A DNA stretch of 64,000 bases, taken from positions 40,054,001-40,118,000 of the forward strand of contig NC_087436.1 of the NCBI RefSeq assembly GCF_036321535.1, given 5' to 3'. Positions 39,201-51,614 of the stretch are shown here, in pieces (within the stretch, counting starts at the first letter, position 1; each line of letters begins with the position of its first letter). The notes under the pieces were generated by a model, which was given only the letters and a program-made list of their open reading frames with translations, was not told the origin of the DNA and ran no database searches. Both the position numbers and the translations under genes were made by a program. The DNA comes from Camelus dromedarius. Taxonomy: Eukaryota.

Positions 39201-42200
39201 TATTTGCTTTATATATTTAGGTGCTTCTGTATTGGGTACATATATATTAACGAGTATGATATCCTCTTCTTATGTTGATCCCTTTATCATCATATATTGC
39301 CCTTTGTCTTTTGATATGGACTTTGTATTAAAGTCTGTTTTTTTCTGATGTAGTATTGCTACCCCTGGTTTCTTCATCTATTTCTTGTCATTTCCTTTTG
39401 CATGAAAATCTTTCTCTGTTTCTTCACTTACAGTCTGTATATGTCTTTAAATCTGAGGTGAGTCTCTTGTAAACAGCACATTGATGGGTCTTGGTTGTTT
39501 TTCAGCTAGTCAGCCACCCTATGTCTTTTGATTGAAGCATTTAGTCTGCTGACCTTTAAAGTAATCATTGATAGGTATGTACTTATTACCATTTAATTAC
39601 TTGTTTTCCAGTTTTTTTTTTTAGCTCTTCTCTATTCATTTTTTCTTCCCTTGTAGTTTGATGACTTTCTTTAGTGATATGCTTATTTTCCTTTCTCTAC
39701 TTTTTGTGTCTCTATTGTAGGTTTTTGATTTTTGATTACCACAGAATGCATATATGTTGACCTATGACTATATCTACTTGTTTAAAACTGGTAGTCATTT
39801 AAGTGCAGATACATTCTAAAAGATCTATATTTTTTATTTCCCTCCCCTACTTTTTTTTAAACTTTTTTTATTGACTTATAGTCAATTTACAATGTTGTGT
39901 CAAAAATTTTTTTTTAAATTTTTTGGAGGGAAGGTAATTAGGTTTAGTTATTTATTTTTTGGAGGAGATACTGGGGATTTGAACCCAGGACTTTGTGCAT
40001 GCTAAGCATGTGCTCTACCACTTGAGCTATACTTTCCCCCCTACACCTCCCCTACATTTGTGTTTTTAATGCCATACTTTACATTTTCACTGTTGATTGT
40101 AGTTATAATTGTTTTTACAGTTTTTTTGTCTTTTAATGTTTGTACTAGCTTATTTAAGTTGTTGATCATCAACCTTTACTATTTATTTGCCTTTACTAGT
40201 TAGATTTTTCCTTTTGTATAGATTCTTCCTTCCTGATATAGTCTTCTCTTATTATCTTAAAGAAAACCCTATAACATTTTTTTTTTTACAGTAGGTTTAG
40301 TACTGATGAACTTTTAGTTTTTGTTTGAGAAGTTCTCTCTCCTTCAACTCTCAGAGATAGTTTTGCTGCGTAGAGTATACTAGATTACAGTTTTCTCCCT
40401 TTAAATACTTTGAATATAATATGACACTTCCTTCTGGCTGCAAAGTTTCTATAGAGAAATCGGTTGATAGCCTCATGAGATTTTTTTTTTTTTTTTTTTG
40501 TATATGACTCTTTGTTTTTCTCTTGTTGCCTTTAGAATTCTCTCTTTATATTTAACTTTTACCATTTTAAATTACAGTATGTCTTTGTGTGGGTCTGTTT
40601 GGGTTCATCTTATTTAGGACCCTGTGTGCTTCCTGAACCTGCATATTTGTTTCCTTTTAGGGTCTGAGAAGTTTTCAGCCGTAATTCTATTAAATACATT
40701 TTGACCCCCTTCTCTCTTCTTCTTTTGTGACCCCTAGAACATGAATGTTGGTACACTTAATGTTATATCCAAAATCTGTTAAACTGTTCTCCTTTTTTAA
40801 CTTTTGTTTTGCTTTTCAGATTGGGTAATTTATATTATTCTGTCTTCCAGATCACCTGTGTATTCTTCTGTATCACTTAGTCTGCTGTTAATTCTTTCTA
40901 GTGTGCTTTTCATTTCAGTTATTGTATTCTTTAGTTCTGATTAGTTCTTTTTTTTTTTTTTTTTTTTTACAGTTTTTAGTTCCTTGTTAAAATTCTCAGT
41001 GTTCGTCTGTTCTCTTTTGTAATTCAGTTAGAATTTTTATTGCTAATGATTTGAATTCTTTACCTGGTAAATCATTTGCTTCACTATTTGTTTTTTGTTA
41101 GACCTCTTCTCTTGCTCTTTCAACTAAAATCAATTCCTCTGTTTTTTCATCTTGCTTAACTTTCTCTGTCTCTATGAAATTACGTGAAGCTGTTACCTGT
41201 TGTGGTTTTGAAGGGGTGTCCTTATGCGAGAATGTCCCTATACAGTCTGCCTGTGCCCTGTGCCTTTGGTGGGAGAGCTAGGTGTGATGTGAACCCAAGT
41301 CACATCTCTCCTCAGGGTATGCTGGCAACTGTCACCTGTGTAGGAAGTTGGGCTAGAGAAAGAGGGGCTAGGGATGGAGCCAGCTGTGAGCCAGGCTTCC
41401 CCTCTGCTCACTGGCCATTGCTGCCCTATCAGGCGTAAGTTACTGTCCTAAGTCACTAGACAGAAGCCCTGAGGGGCGAATCCAAGCTGGTTCTGTTTCC
41501 TGTAAGTGCAGGCTTTCACCACTCACAGCACCAGCATTTTTGCTCCAGAAGAAAACAAAGCAGGTGGAAGAGGCGCCCACACAGGCTGTTGGTGTGTGAT
41601 TGGGCACAGGCTGCAGTGGTCTGACTGCAGACAGAGGTCCAAGCTGCTTCTGATGCATTGTTTGTGCAAGCAGTAGTCATAGATGCCCCTGCCCTACTCA
41701 GAGGCTACTTTGGGGCTGAGTCTCCTTCACACCTTACAGCTGATCTCTCCCCTTGGCCTCTGCTGTCCCCACCTTGGTGTGGAGGTATGCCACAGGGAAA
41801 GTGGGGCCCATTTGTCTCCTGTTGTGGGTTGGGGTGGGGTCTTTGGTGTTCTAGCTACAGAGTTCAGAGCTGCTTCCGATGTGCTGCTTGTGTAAGGGCC
41901 AGTAATGGCTCCCCCTACCATGTTCAGAGGCTACTTTGGGTCTGAGCCACCTCCGTATCTCATCAATGACCTCTTTCCTGGGTCATAATAGCCTTTGTTC
42001 TGGTAAAGAGCTGCAACATGAAGTTAGCGGAGCTGGAGCATTTGCTTGGCTCAGACTGGGTCTTACACTAGAGCGATCATGGGAAATCAGTCAGCCACTA
42101 GCACAGTTTGAATGTCTCCTCTCCATTCTGTTTTGGGAGCAAGCAAGCATACACATACTCCTCACAAGCAGAGCGAAAGCTTCCCACAGCCCTCCTCTTA

Positions 42201-42410
42201 GTCCCACGTCCCACCAGCCGTCTTAACCAGCTGAGGGGGCTCATCTTCCTTGTATTTGTCCTCAGGGCTGGTTGCCCAATATGTGGCTGAACTGTTCACT
42301 CCTCTCGGGGTGGATCTCCATCCATGTAATCTTCATTTTCCTCTGAGTCCAATCCCAGGGGCACAGGTCCCAACGTGATTGCTTCTCTTCTCTTTCTATC
42401 TGATTCTGTG
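36232..42410 (-). mobile_element. Near full-length decayed L1 (GC-rich 5' UTR ~41180-42410, ORF1 ~40250-41170, ORF2 ~36232-39480), lacking its 3' end
   Basis: Minus ORFs give endonuclease (EYTFF..AHG....IYH, 38762-39058), RT-region ([22 protein letters not shown]) and C-terminal ([20 protein letters not shown]) L1 motifs. The frames are broken. Confidence 0.93.
39925..40041 (-). mobile_element. Camelid Vic-1-type tRNA-derived SINE
   Basis: Minus strand reads GGGGGGAAAGTATAGCTCAAGTGGTAGAGCACATGCTTAGCATGCACAAAGTCCTGGGTTCAAATCCCCAGTATCTCC...AAACCTAATTACC. Pol III A box (TAGCTCAAGTGG) and B box (GGTTCAAATCC) are present. Confidence 0.88.
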
Positions 42411-42545
42411 TAGACACACATTACTATATATAAAGCAGATAAACAACAAGAAACTGCTGTATAGCACAGGGAACTATATTCAGTTTTTTGTAATAACATA
42501 TAGTAGAAAAGAATCTGAAAAGAAAATATATATGTATGTATACAT
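42411..42545 (+). mobile_element. L1 3' UTR fragment, sense orientation
   Basis: 'tactatatataaagcagataaacaacaag...ctgtatagcacagggaactatattca' is the artiodactyl L1 3' UTR; a similar sequence occurs antisense at 53500-53590. Confidence 0.85.
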
Positions 42546-43604
42546 TGTTTGTTTTTGTGAGTATACTGTTTCTGCCATATTTCACTGAGAATGTTGAAAA
42601 TAAAAATATATTGCCAAGCAACAGGGAAAGAGTTTTGTTTTTTTTTTTTTTCTTTTATAGCCATCTGACCAATGGTTGCTGGTTTACTGGTAGAGGAAAA
42701 CTTACTGACGTCTTCTGGATTCAATACCCAGTTTGACTGGGCTAGGTCAGTAGCTAGGCACCGGCAATTGGCAGATAAGTGTCAGAATCACATCCACTAA
42801 AACCTCTCCAAATAGCAGCAGACATTTCTTGTGATCTGCTATGGTCGTACCTCTACAGGGCATCTAATCAAGAGTAGCATTGCCTCTTAACCCTGGGCTA
42901 TGGGATAGATGTAGGGGGTTTAATTATATGCCCAGTGTCTCCCTCATGGTGACTATTACACCTGACCACTATGTGGTGGGAGAGACACACTATTCTTACT
43001 CTTCCAGAACAAGCAAGATGCTCTGTAAAGTGTTTATGTCAACATGTTTGCCACATATTTTACATAGTGACTTGACCAAGCTCTTTCTTTCAAACTCCAC
43101 CCTTGTTGAACAACTCAGCCACATCCAAAAGTCCAGTGACATACTAATTGACCATGCATTGTAAGATCCCATCCTCATTTTGTTGTCCTTTGTCCTCTAA
43201 CCATAGATAGGACTATTTTTTTTTTTTGGTACTCCTGGTTAATATTAATCTCACTCTTCTGCAAGATCAAACTTTAAACCATCTACCTAAACCCATGTGC
43301 CATTACCAGCTAGGCTACTGAGGCAAGAAGGGCTATTACTGGCAATACAGCCACAGCACAATTATTGGACCAACAAAACATGATAGTTTTTTTATGTATT
43401 AATCCTGTAAATGAATAGTATTCATAAATGTTGTGAGATAATTGAACCTGGAGATGTTTTCTAAGTGTGGGTGTTTTTGACAGGACCATTTGGCATGGAC
43501 CAAGTTTGTTCATGAACGTTTTTGATAGAACCAAATTTCAAAGACCTTTTAGCATGGACCAAATGTCTTAATAGACATTTTGGACAGGACCAAATGTATG
43601 ATAA

Positions 43605-43975
43605 TTGTGCAAAGCCGACTGTTCTCTTTACTGTGGGTAGGCCTCATCCAATTAATTGAAGGCCTGAATAAAAGAAAAAAGCTGACCCTCCCCCAAGTGA
43701 GTAAGGATTCCTTGATTCCTTCCACATGTGTTTCAGTCTTCCCTCTGGGACATTGGTTTTTCCCTGCCTTTGGATTCTAACAGAAACATTGACTCTACTG
43801 GGTCCTCAGTTTGCCAGTCACCCTGCAGATCTTGGGACTTGTCAGCCTCTGTAATCAAATGAGCCAGTTCCTTCTAATAAACTTCTATCTCTGTCTCTAT
43901 TTCTCTGTCTCTCGCTTTCTCTATATGTATGTAGTTTATTTGATTTTGTTTCTCTGGAGGACTCTGATAACTATT
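43605..43975 (+). mobile_element. MLT2 (ERVL) LTR fragment
   Basis: 'tgtgggtaggcctcatccaattaattgaaggcctgaata...gcagatcttgggacttgtcagcctc...gagccagttcctt...tttctctggagga'. Confidence 0.85.
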
Positions 43976-44778
43976 GCATACACATTGTGTCTAAATTATA
44001 ATACACACACAAGTTTAAAAATAGAACAGAATATTTAATACTGAAAAAAATTTCTCAGCCACTGCACACCATTGTGGTGACTGAGGTACTAAGTTGTGGT
44101 ACCCTGGTATCACACTGTGGGGCACCAAGAAAAACAAGAAAGCAGATGTTTGACACAGTACCTTATTATGCAAGAATCTTTTACATTCTTGCCATCTGAG
44201 AGGAAGGATTTGACAAGTTAATTAAACTGTCTTTTATCTAAGCATTTCCATCACACAAGTCCTCTCTGCAATGCAAAATAGTATTTGTCTTCAACAATGA
44301 CAGCAACACCATCTGCAAACTTTCATGACACACAGAGTTGTTTTCTTCTGAGGACTTAGAAGAAGAGGTATGAAGAAGTACTTCTTAGGACCTGAACAGC
44401 ATAGAACTCAGGACCAACAACAGCAGACATACAGAATGTATGTGAGTGCTGGCTGGTGAATCCCAAGTGGAACAATTGTTTGTGGGTGTGGGGGTGTGTG
44501 CATGTGCATGTATTTGTATGCCCATTATTTCTGAGACCCTTAAAAATGTTGGATCTAAATCAGTTAATTGCCTAGGTTCTATGGTGGTGGTGATAGAATC
44601 AACTCATAGGTTTCCCAATTTAGTTAGAATTTTAAAACTTTAGGGCCATTATATTTTTCCTACATGCTGTAGACTGAATGCTTATGTCCCCCCAGAATTC
44701 ATATGTGGAAACCTACTTACCCGTGTGATGATAGGTGGAGATGAGGCCTTTGGGAGAAGATCAGGTCATGAGGGCAGC

Positions 44779-45404
44779 AAGAGTGTTGTTGGGAGGAAAA
44801 AAATAACCTTTACCCTTCTAGGTTCTTCTGGCTGGTCTAAGAGTTAAATTTTCAGGAAACAGATTAACAGGGGAAAACAAACAAAAGGTTAATAGCATGT
44901 ATGCCTTCTGTATACATGGGAGAAACTCAGGAAAACTGAATAACTTGCCAAAATAGCCAAAGCCCTCACCTTAACTACCGTCTTCAGCTAAAGATGAAAG
45001 AAAATGTTGGAGAAGTGGTCTGGGGCTTCAGAGGAAGGCAATTCATACAGAGATAGAAAATGGTAAAAAAAAAAAAAAAAAAAAGTTTCCCGGGCCCTGC
45101 AGAGACAATGGGGCAGAGTGGACTGATTTCTCCCCCACCGCACCTCATGCCTGTATTCTTTTTTTGAGGGGGGGTTGTTGTTTTTTATTGACGTATAGCT
45201 GATTTACAGTATTATGTTAGTTTCAGGCATACCCATATTCTTTGTTGATATCTCTGGTGATAGCACTCTTCTTGGAATAGGCTCTTTATCTTAAGTCTTT
45301 AGGCATCTAAAAGGAAGGTAAAAAGATAGACTTCCTGAGTCTTCTGTTTCTTAAAAATAATCCACCAGAGAACATATCTGGGGTGGCACCTTTTACTTCC
45401 CTGC
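44779..45404 (-). mobile_element. ERV1-type solo LTR (tentatively a MER41-related laurasiatherian family)
   Basis: 'ttacccttctaggttctt...cagattaacagg...gtatacatgggaga...caggaaaactga...ttcagctaaaga'. The family assignment is from memory and is tentative. Confidence 0.65.
45162..45227 (-). mobile_element. Very short L1 3'-terminal insertion with a degenerate 16-bp TSD
   Basis: 'ttttattgacgtatagctgatttacagtattatgttagtttcagg' flanked by catgcctgtattcttt (45146-45161) and catacccatattcttt (45228-45243). Confidence 0.75.
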
Positions 45405-46449
45405 TGCACCCTCATAACCGAGGTCCCAGAGTGCTCTCTCGACCCACTTCCACCATGTGAGGTTACAGTGAGGAGACTGTCTGTTCTGAGCCAGGGAGCA
45501 GGCTCTTGATCTTGGACTTTCTAGACTCCAGAGCTATGAGAAGAATACATTTCTGTTGTTTAAAGGCCACTAAGTTTATGACATTTTATTATAGCCACCT
45601 GAACATACTAGCATAGTATAAATAAGAGAAAGGAAACCTACCTGGGGGAGGACACTGTGTTAATCTTAGTGCTTCAATTGTAAGCAACAGACCTGATTTC
45701 TAACACTGCAGTTGTCACAATCTTATGATGTGGACACGCATTAAACAGATAATTACTTACAGGGTTTGTGCTAGGAACTATATAGTGAAGGTACAAGGTA
45801 CAGTGGGCATTCTTACTGTTAGGGTGTGGGCCACTGATGGGCTGGAAAGGTGATGTATGATGAAGGTTGGTTTCTACTCGATACACTTACTAATATTGAA
45901 GAAGGTGGTTTCTCAAAGTAAGAGGATTACCTGATTAGATAAGGATGATCCTGTTACAGGAGAATCAACACTTAAGAATATTTCTGAACAGTGAGTGTGA
46001 GTTAGTCAGGACTGGAGTCTTACATTTTAACTTGAATGCCACAAAATTTGTACTTGGAGCCATGCGAATGGATGAGGGCCCAGTGACAAGGTTTGGAGTG
46101 AATATCATTAAGAAGACTGCCCAGAACAATTTCAGTATTTGATCTTCAGGCAAACCAAACTAGGTGTGCTAGCCAGAAAACGAAGTTTGATCAGAATGAT
46201 TAAAGCAGTGTCAGAGTTTCCTTGGCAAAGGCTGCACCCCTATTATGTTTAGCTGAATTACGTACGAATCATGCTTTTGTAGCTCTGTAGACTTCCCAAG
46301 TGTCATTGTGCTCTGGGGACTGATGGTTCCAACAAGCATTTAACCATCCCTCTAGGACAAAAATAGTTCAGACAATTTAATGAAATCTTTATTATTCACT
46401 TGGGGAATTTTAGAACAAATTTCTGAGAGGAGATCAACAAATAAGTAAA

Positions 46450-46830
46450 TCAGCAAAAAGAACTGAACATCAGAACTGTATCAACAATTTGGAAATGATG
46501 AGCCAAATATAACACGTTTAATATGTATCCATGTACAGCCTGGTACCAGAGTTCAAGAAATAACTACAAAATCTAAGAGAACATAATGGCATAATAGAAT
46601 CCCATGTAATTAAGGCATTTAAACTTCCAGTAAGCTTGATGTGTGAGTCAGCAGTAAAAGATGATGGTCAAGCATGCTAATAAAATTTCAAAATACTTTA
46701 ATAGAAGCATAAACCTCTAGAATGAAGGAGGTAGTATGTCCAGTTTTCTGAGTTTTAGACGGGCAAATAAGAGCTATGATGATAAGCTGGAAAGCATTTG
46801 GAGGACAGTTACAGGAATGATGAGAGTGCA
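46450..46830 (+). mobile_element. CR1/L3 LINE fragment
   Basis: 'aagcttgatgtgtgagtcagcagt...gctaat...ttaatagaagcata...agaatgaaggaggtagta...taagctggaaagcatttggagga' follows the L3 RT 3' region. Confidence 0.6.
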
Positions 46831-49800
46831 CAAAATCAGGGGATCTCTATCCTGTAACAGAGGAAACTCAGTTGTCTTTATCTGAAAAATTGTTCTGAGA
46901 AAACTTGGTTAGACTTGTTCTTGAGGTCTTGGCTTCTATTTAGATAAGATTGTCAAGAAAGAAAAGTTGGAGTAAGTGACATTTTATCAGAGATGCGAGG
47001 AAGGTGATGGACTGAGCAGAATAAAGATCTGGAGGAGTAAGTTTGCTTTGAGAAAACAGCAACGGCAGAGCTCATGGCAGAAACGAGAAAAGGATTTGGA
47101 AAATAGGAAAAGTTCTATGCACATATACATATGTTACAAATACCGTGTGCGTGCATAACACAGGTATATTCAACAGTATGCGTGCTTTAAAAAATCATTT
47201 TGCCAAAGAGCAGTCTGGAGTCTTAGGTTATGGATACACGCTCACAGTAGAAGAAAGATGATATGGAGCTTTTCAGCAATGACGTCCCTCAAAAAATCAG
47301 TGCTGCTTTCCTAAATGGTGGTTCAACAAGGGTAATTAACCCTTTAGATTATTTTCAGTGATATAATCTAGAAAAACGAGCAAAACTACTTTTTTTTTTT
47401 TTAGTTGAAAGAGTTGTAATGACCATTTGAAAATTCTTCCATATCCATTTAGGCAAAATTGTAGTGATTCAAGTTCATTTTCTATGTGAAATAGCAAGAC
47501 TTAAAAAAAAAAAAACAAGAAAGAAAAAGAAAATGCAGTAACCAGTTGACTACTAAAAGACTTGCAAATTCTTCTCAAGTTTTTGGTTGACATGCTTGTC
47601 ACTGACTTTGTTAAATTAACTCCTTTGTTAACATTGTCTCTCCTCCTTTGCTCCCAGAAGGTTATCTCAGGATAACTTTCTTGTGTGAATTTCAATCATA
47701 CTTCTTTAGTCCAAAATTACCTCTTTCTTGATTATAATTTCCTGAGTAGAGTCTTAAAGATTATATCAGATCCCTTCCCATGTGTGGTACTGTATTCAAT
47801 CTGATTAAATAAATGAAAAAAATAATTTAACATTTAGCAGATGAGATAGCAGAAAGGTAGAATCAAAGCAAGCCTGTAGTTAAAAAAAAACAACATTTTT
47901 CTAAAACATAAATATCTTCTTAAGTCATATGATATTTTATCAGAGTTATTCATATGCATACCAATCTGATCTTCAAAAAATGTTTCAGTAGAATAGGTAT
48001 CATGTATATTATTTTGAAAATCAGGAAAGATATTCATAGACGATCAGCAGCCTTACCAAGTGACTAATAACTGGAACCATAGACTTAGTTCCAGCTCAAG
48101 GTTGTTTACACTTTTATTCAGTTACTTTTGTAGAAATATTTTACTGAAAAACAGAATAAAGTGATCAATTAAGAAGAAAGAATAATCTGAGTAAACTGGA
48201 TTAAAGTATGAGCACAGATACAAATTTTTACAACATTCTTGACATTGTCTGCTTTTCCTACTTTTTGAAACATCTTCCCTTGGCCTTTCAGACCCTGGAT
48301 TCCAATCAGCCTTCCTCCAGTGCTTTTTAATTCTTCTTGCTGATTTATCCTTTTAGGCTCTGACACTCAGTGTTCAACAGGGCTTTATTCTTGCTTCTCT
48401 TTGCAGCCTGCGTACTCTTCCTTAAAGATCTCAACTTTCTGTTTCCTGGAATTTACCTGCCTTCCCAATTTCCTGTCTCTCTTCTGAGTAAGATATGTTG
48501 TCTGTTGATGTAGGTGTGGCTGTGTAAGGATGGGAATTAGAGAAGCCTAGAAATGTTTACAAAAACTATTTACTGGTATGCAATATGAAATTCAACTAAA
48601 AATAAGTTAAAAAAAAAAAAAGTTTTACCGGTGAGGTACAAACAATTTGAAATCTAAGTCTTTGTGGTGAAACTGACCTCTTCCAAGAATTTTTAAAGTT
48701 CAAGAATAAGACGCTAAGAAAATTAGCATGATATTATTAACAGAAAGAGAGAGGACCTCAAGGATGGGGGTCCTTGTCACTTAAGTGGTCAGGACCAAAG
48801 AGAATCAAGATACAAGTTCTGTAGAAACATGGAATTGTCTGTTTAATTCCCAGCTGTAACCCTGGCACCCATAGTCATGGTAGCCTATCATAGTTGTTCA
48901 GTCAATATTTATATCAATGAATACATAAATAAAAGGCTGGAAGGAGGACTATTACTGACAGTGCCTATGATGGATATTATGGAAAACTTTTTTTTTAAAT
49001 TAAATTTCATTTTCTTTAAAATGTAGTCAACTTTAAAAATGCTTAGTTTGGGAATGAACTTGTCCAGTGTAGTATTCTTCTTTCCTCTAATTGAACATAA
49101 TCATCAAATTGTATGACAATATTAAAAACCTTGTATCTGGCAAGGGTAAATTTGAAAAAAAAGGTTGAATGATGAATAACATGCGCTTTTACTTCTTGAC
49201 TGGATCAGATTAGTATTGATTTTCTTTGTGTTTAAAGCAAAATGTTTTACACCTCTTTGACTTTGCTCTTTCCAGCCCATTTATTGTTGATGGAGAATAA
49301 TAAGTATAACCATAACTTTCTTACAACGAGATTATCCTGTTATCAATGGCAATTCTGAGATTATCAGAGTAAATATGAAGTGTGTAGAGAGGACTGGTTA
49401 GTAGTAATGCCTAAGAGATATTTAGGTGCAGTTTTTAGAAAGCTTGCTTTGACAAATACATGGTTGTACTTTTTATACTTTATTATTAATTAAAATTTTG
49501 TCAGTTTTTTTTGTTTGTTTGTTTTTAGAGACCAAAAAAAAGCTTTATTGCAGTGTTATGATTGGTCTAGTTTGACCACATGCTTGCTCTTTAGTTAGGA
49601 AAAGATGGGAAACCTAAGGGTCCCATGTGATTTTCTCCAAAGGCAAGGGATAAGTTTCCCAAAAGACAGTGGATACTTGTGGAGAAAAGAGTTAGTTTTT
49701 GGTCTGACTGTTTTATTAAGCAACTGTATTTTGTATGTATTATGTATTTTACATGGTGGTTAGAATTTCAGTTTTAGAGAACTAGGAAGCAAGAATTAAA

Positions 49801-50689
49801 GGAAGGGAATGCAAATCTTTAGCCAAGTGACAAAAAAAGACTGAAAAGAATTGGAGTTCATTCATTTTGGTGATATCTCTTAATGACACAAAGAATCCAC
49901 AGTATTTTCCCTGCAAGATTGCAGTTTTGTGTTTCAGTTATACTGAGAGAGTATAATTGATATATTGTAATATTGATTATATAATAAAACACGAATTAGT
50001 CTACAATATTAAAAAAAAATTTTAATATTGAAAACATATGGTTATATATTTCTTTGACATTGGGTACAGAAACTCCACCCTTTTTTTGTGGTAAATTTTG
50101 TTTTTCTGAAAACATAACCATAGATAAGCAACTGTGGCATTCACATTACTGAAAGTATTTACTTTCATTTCAAAAAAGTTTCTTTTGAGAGAAAAATAAG
50201 ATTTTAATTTCTTTGTTTTTTGAAGTTACTTGTAGGAAGAGAACTTTGAATTCACTGGCAACCAGTGTGTATTTTGAAGGGGAAAGTGGGACAACGTTAG
50301 AAAAAAACAAACCTGTCTTGTGTTTCCTTAGGCCATTAGAAGCATAGTAATAGTTTTCTTGAGTTGTACAAATCTCTGAGCTAATTCTTTAGTAATCTGC
50401 TTATCAGATTGGCTCTGTAAATTGTATATGAATGAATGAATGAATGATAGTTGAATTAATAAATACAGAAATTAAAATATAAGCCAATAACCTTTATAAA
50501 ATAAACTGATTACTTCAAATGAGGGTTGACATTAATACATATGCATTGATATTGGAAAAACATTACTTTTTACAATGCTTAGTCATTTAAAATTTATCTG
50601 AGTGCTTTTAAAACGTTTATAATTATATATTTTGGCATGTAAAAATAGTATAACCTGTGCTAGACTATAAAATTTGCTGTAAACTCTTG

Positions 50690-50993
50690 CCTTCCCATCT
50701 AAGCTAGATTTTCTGCCCTTGTCTCTGGGTTGGCCAAGAGCTTTCTTTAGCCAACCTGCCCTTTTTTGAACAAGGCTGGTGTAGCTTCGCGGCAGACAAA
50801 GCTGCCCTCTGTAAGGCCTCCCTTTAGAGACCAGACCCATGAAGATCTGGCTGCAGATCCAAATGGGCCCAGGAGAGACTCAGCAGTGGAACCAATCAGT
50901 TAAGCTCATCTACAAAATCAAGAACTTAAATAAATGATGTGTTTTGAGCCAAAAATTTTGGAGGGGTATCTAATATGGCAAAAGCTCACTGAT
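50690..50993 (+). mobile_element. MLT1 (MaLR) LTR
   Basis: 3' end 'aataaatgatgtgttttgagccaaaaattttggaggggtatctaatatggcaaaagctcactgat'. Confidence 0.65.
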
Positions 50994-51614
50994 TTAGCAT
51001 TATCCTGGGTTTAGAATTACTGACATTTTGTTATGTTTTCCTCCAACATTTTTTCGCTAAAAAATAAATAAATAAATAAAACAAAACATTACAAACTAAC
51101 CTAAAGTGAGAATCTTTTTCCTTCTCTACCCAGAAGTAATCACTGTCAGGAAAGTGGCTTCTATCATTTTTATTATCATTTTTATTATCATAACATATTT
51201 CAACTTTTACAGACAATAATACATAATGGCGTTTTATAGTTTTAACATGTTACAAAATGATATCCACAGCACTTTTATTTACTCAGTCTTTTAATTTAGA
51301 AAAATGAATATGGTTTGGAACTTTAGTCATACATTCATTTTTTTTTAAACATTGAAAGATAGTAATTCGCAAGGACATAGAGTAGTTGATGAAAACTGAT
51401 CTCACTGAACTAGTAGAAAGATCATACAGCTAGGATGATACCCTTTAAATTTTAAGTCCTTCCTCTGTTTGAAATCCTGCAATTTTGCTTCATTTCATTC
51501 AGAATAAAATTCAAAGCCCTTATGATGACCTATGAGGCCCTTTGCAATCTTCCCAGTCTTTTTAATCTCTCTTACTTTATTTTCTACTATTCCTATCCAT
51601 CCTTACTCAACCAA

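Larger units (their letters stand above)
44665..45613 (+). mobile_element. MLT1A-type LTR split by an ERV1 LTR (parts ~44665-44778 and ~45405-45613)
   Basis: 'tgctgtagactgaatgcttatgtcccccc...ggtcatgaggg' resumes as 'ccctcat...cttgatcttggactttctagactccaga'. Confidence 0.85.

Noticed and set aside
39960..40041. Possible tRNA gene (A and B boxes present)
   Set aside because: It is followed by a SINE-specific tail and sits within a TSD-flanked insertion in an L1, so it is a tRNA-derived SINE.
43478..43597. CRISPR-like array
   Set aside because: Units are ~15 nt and degenerate, with no unique spacers or cas genes, and the DNA is mammalian.
50004..50030. AT-rich palindrome caatattaaaa...ttttaatattg (similar one at ~31690-31722)
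   Set aside because: Short and AT-rich; expected by chance in this composition.
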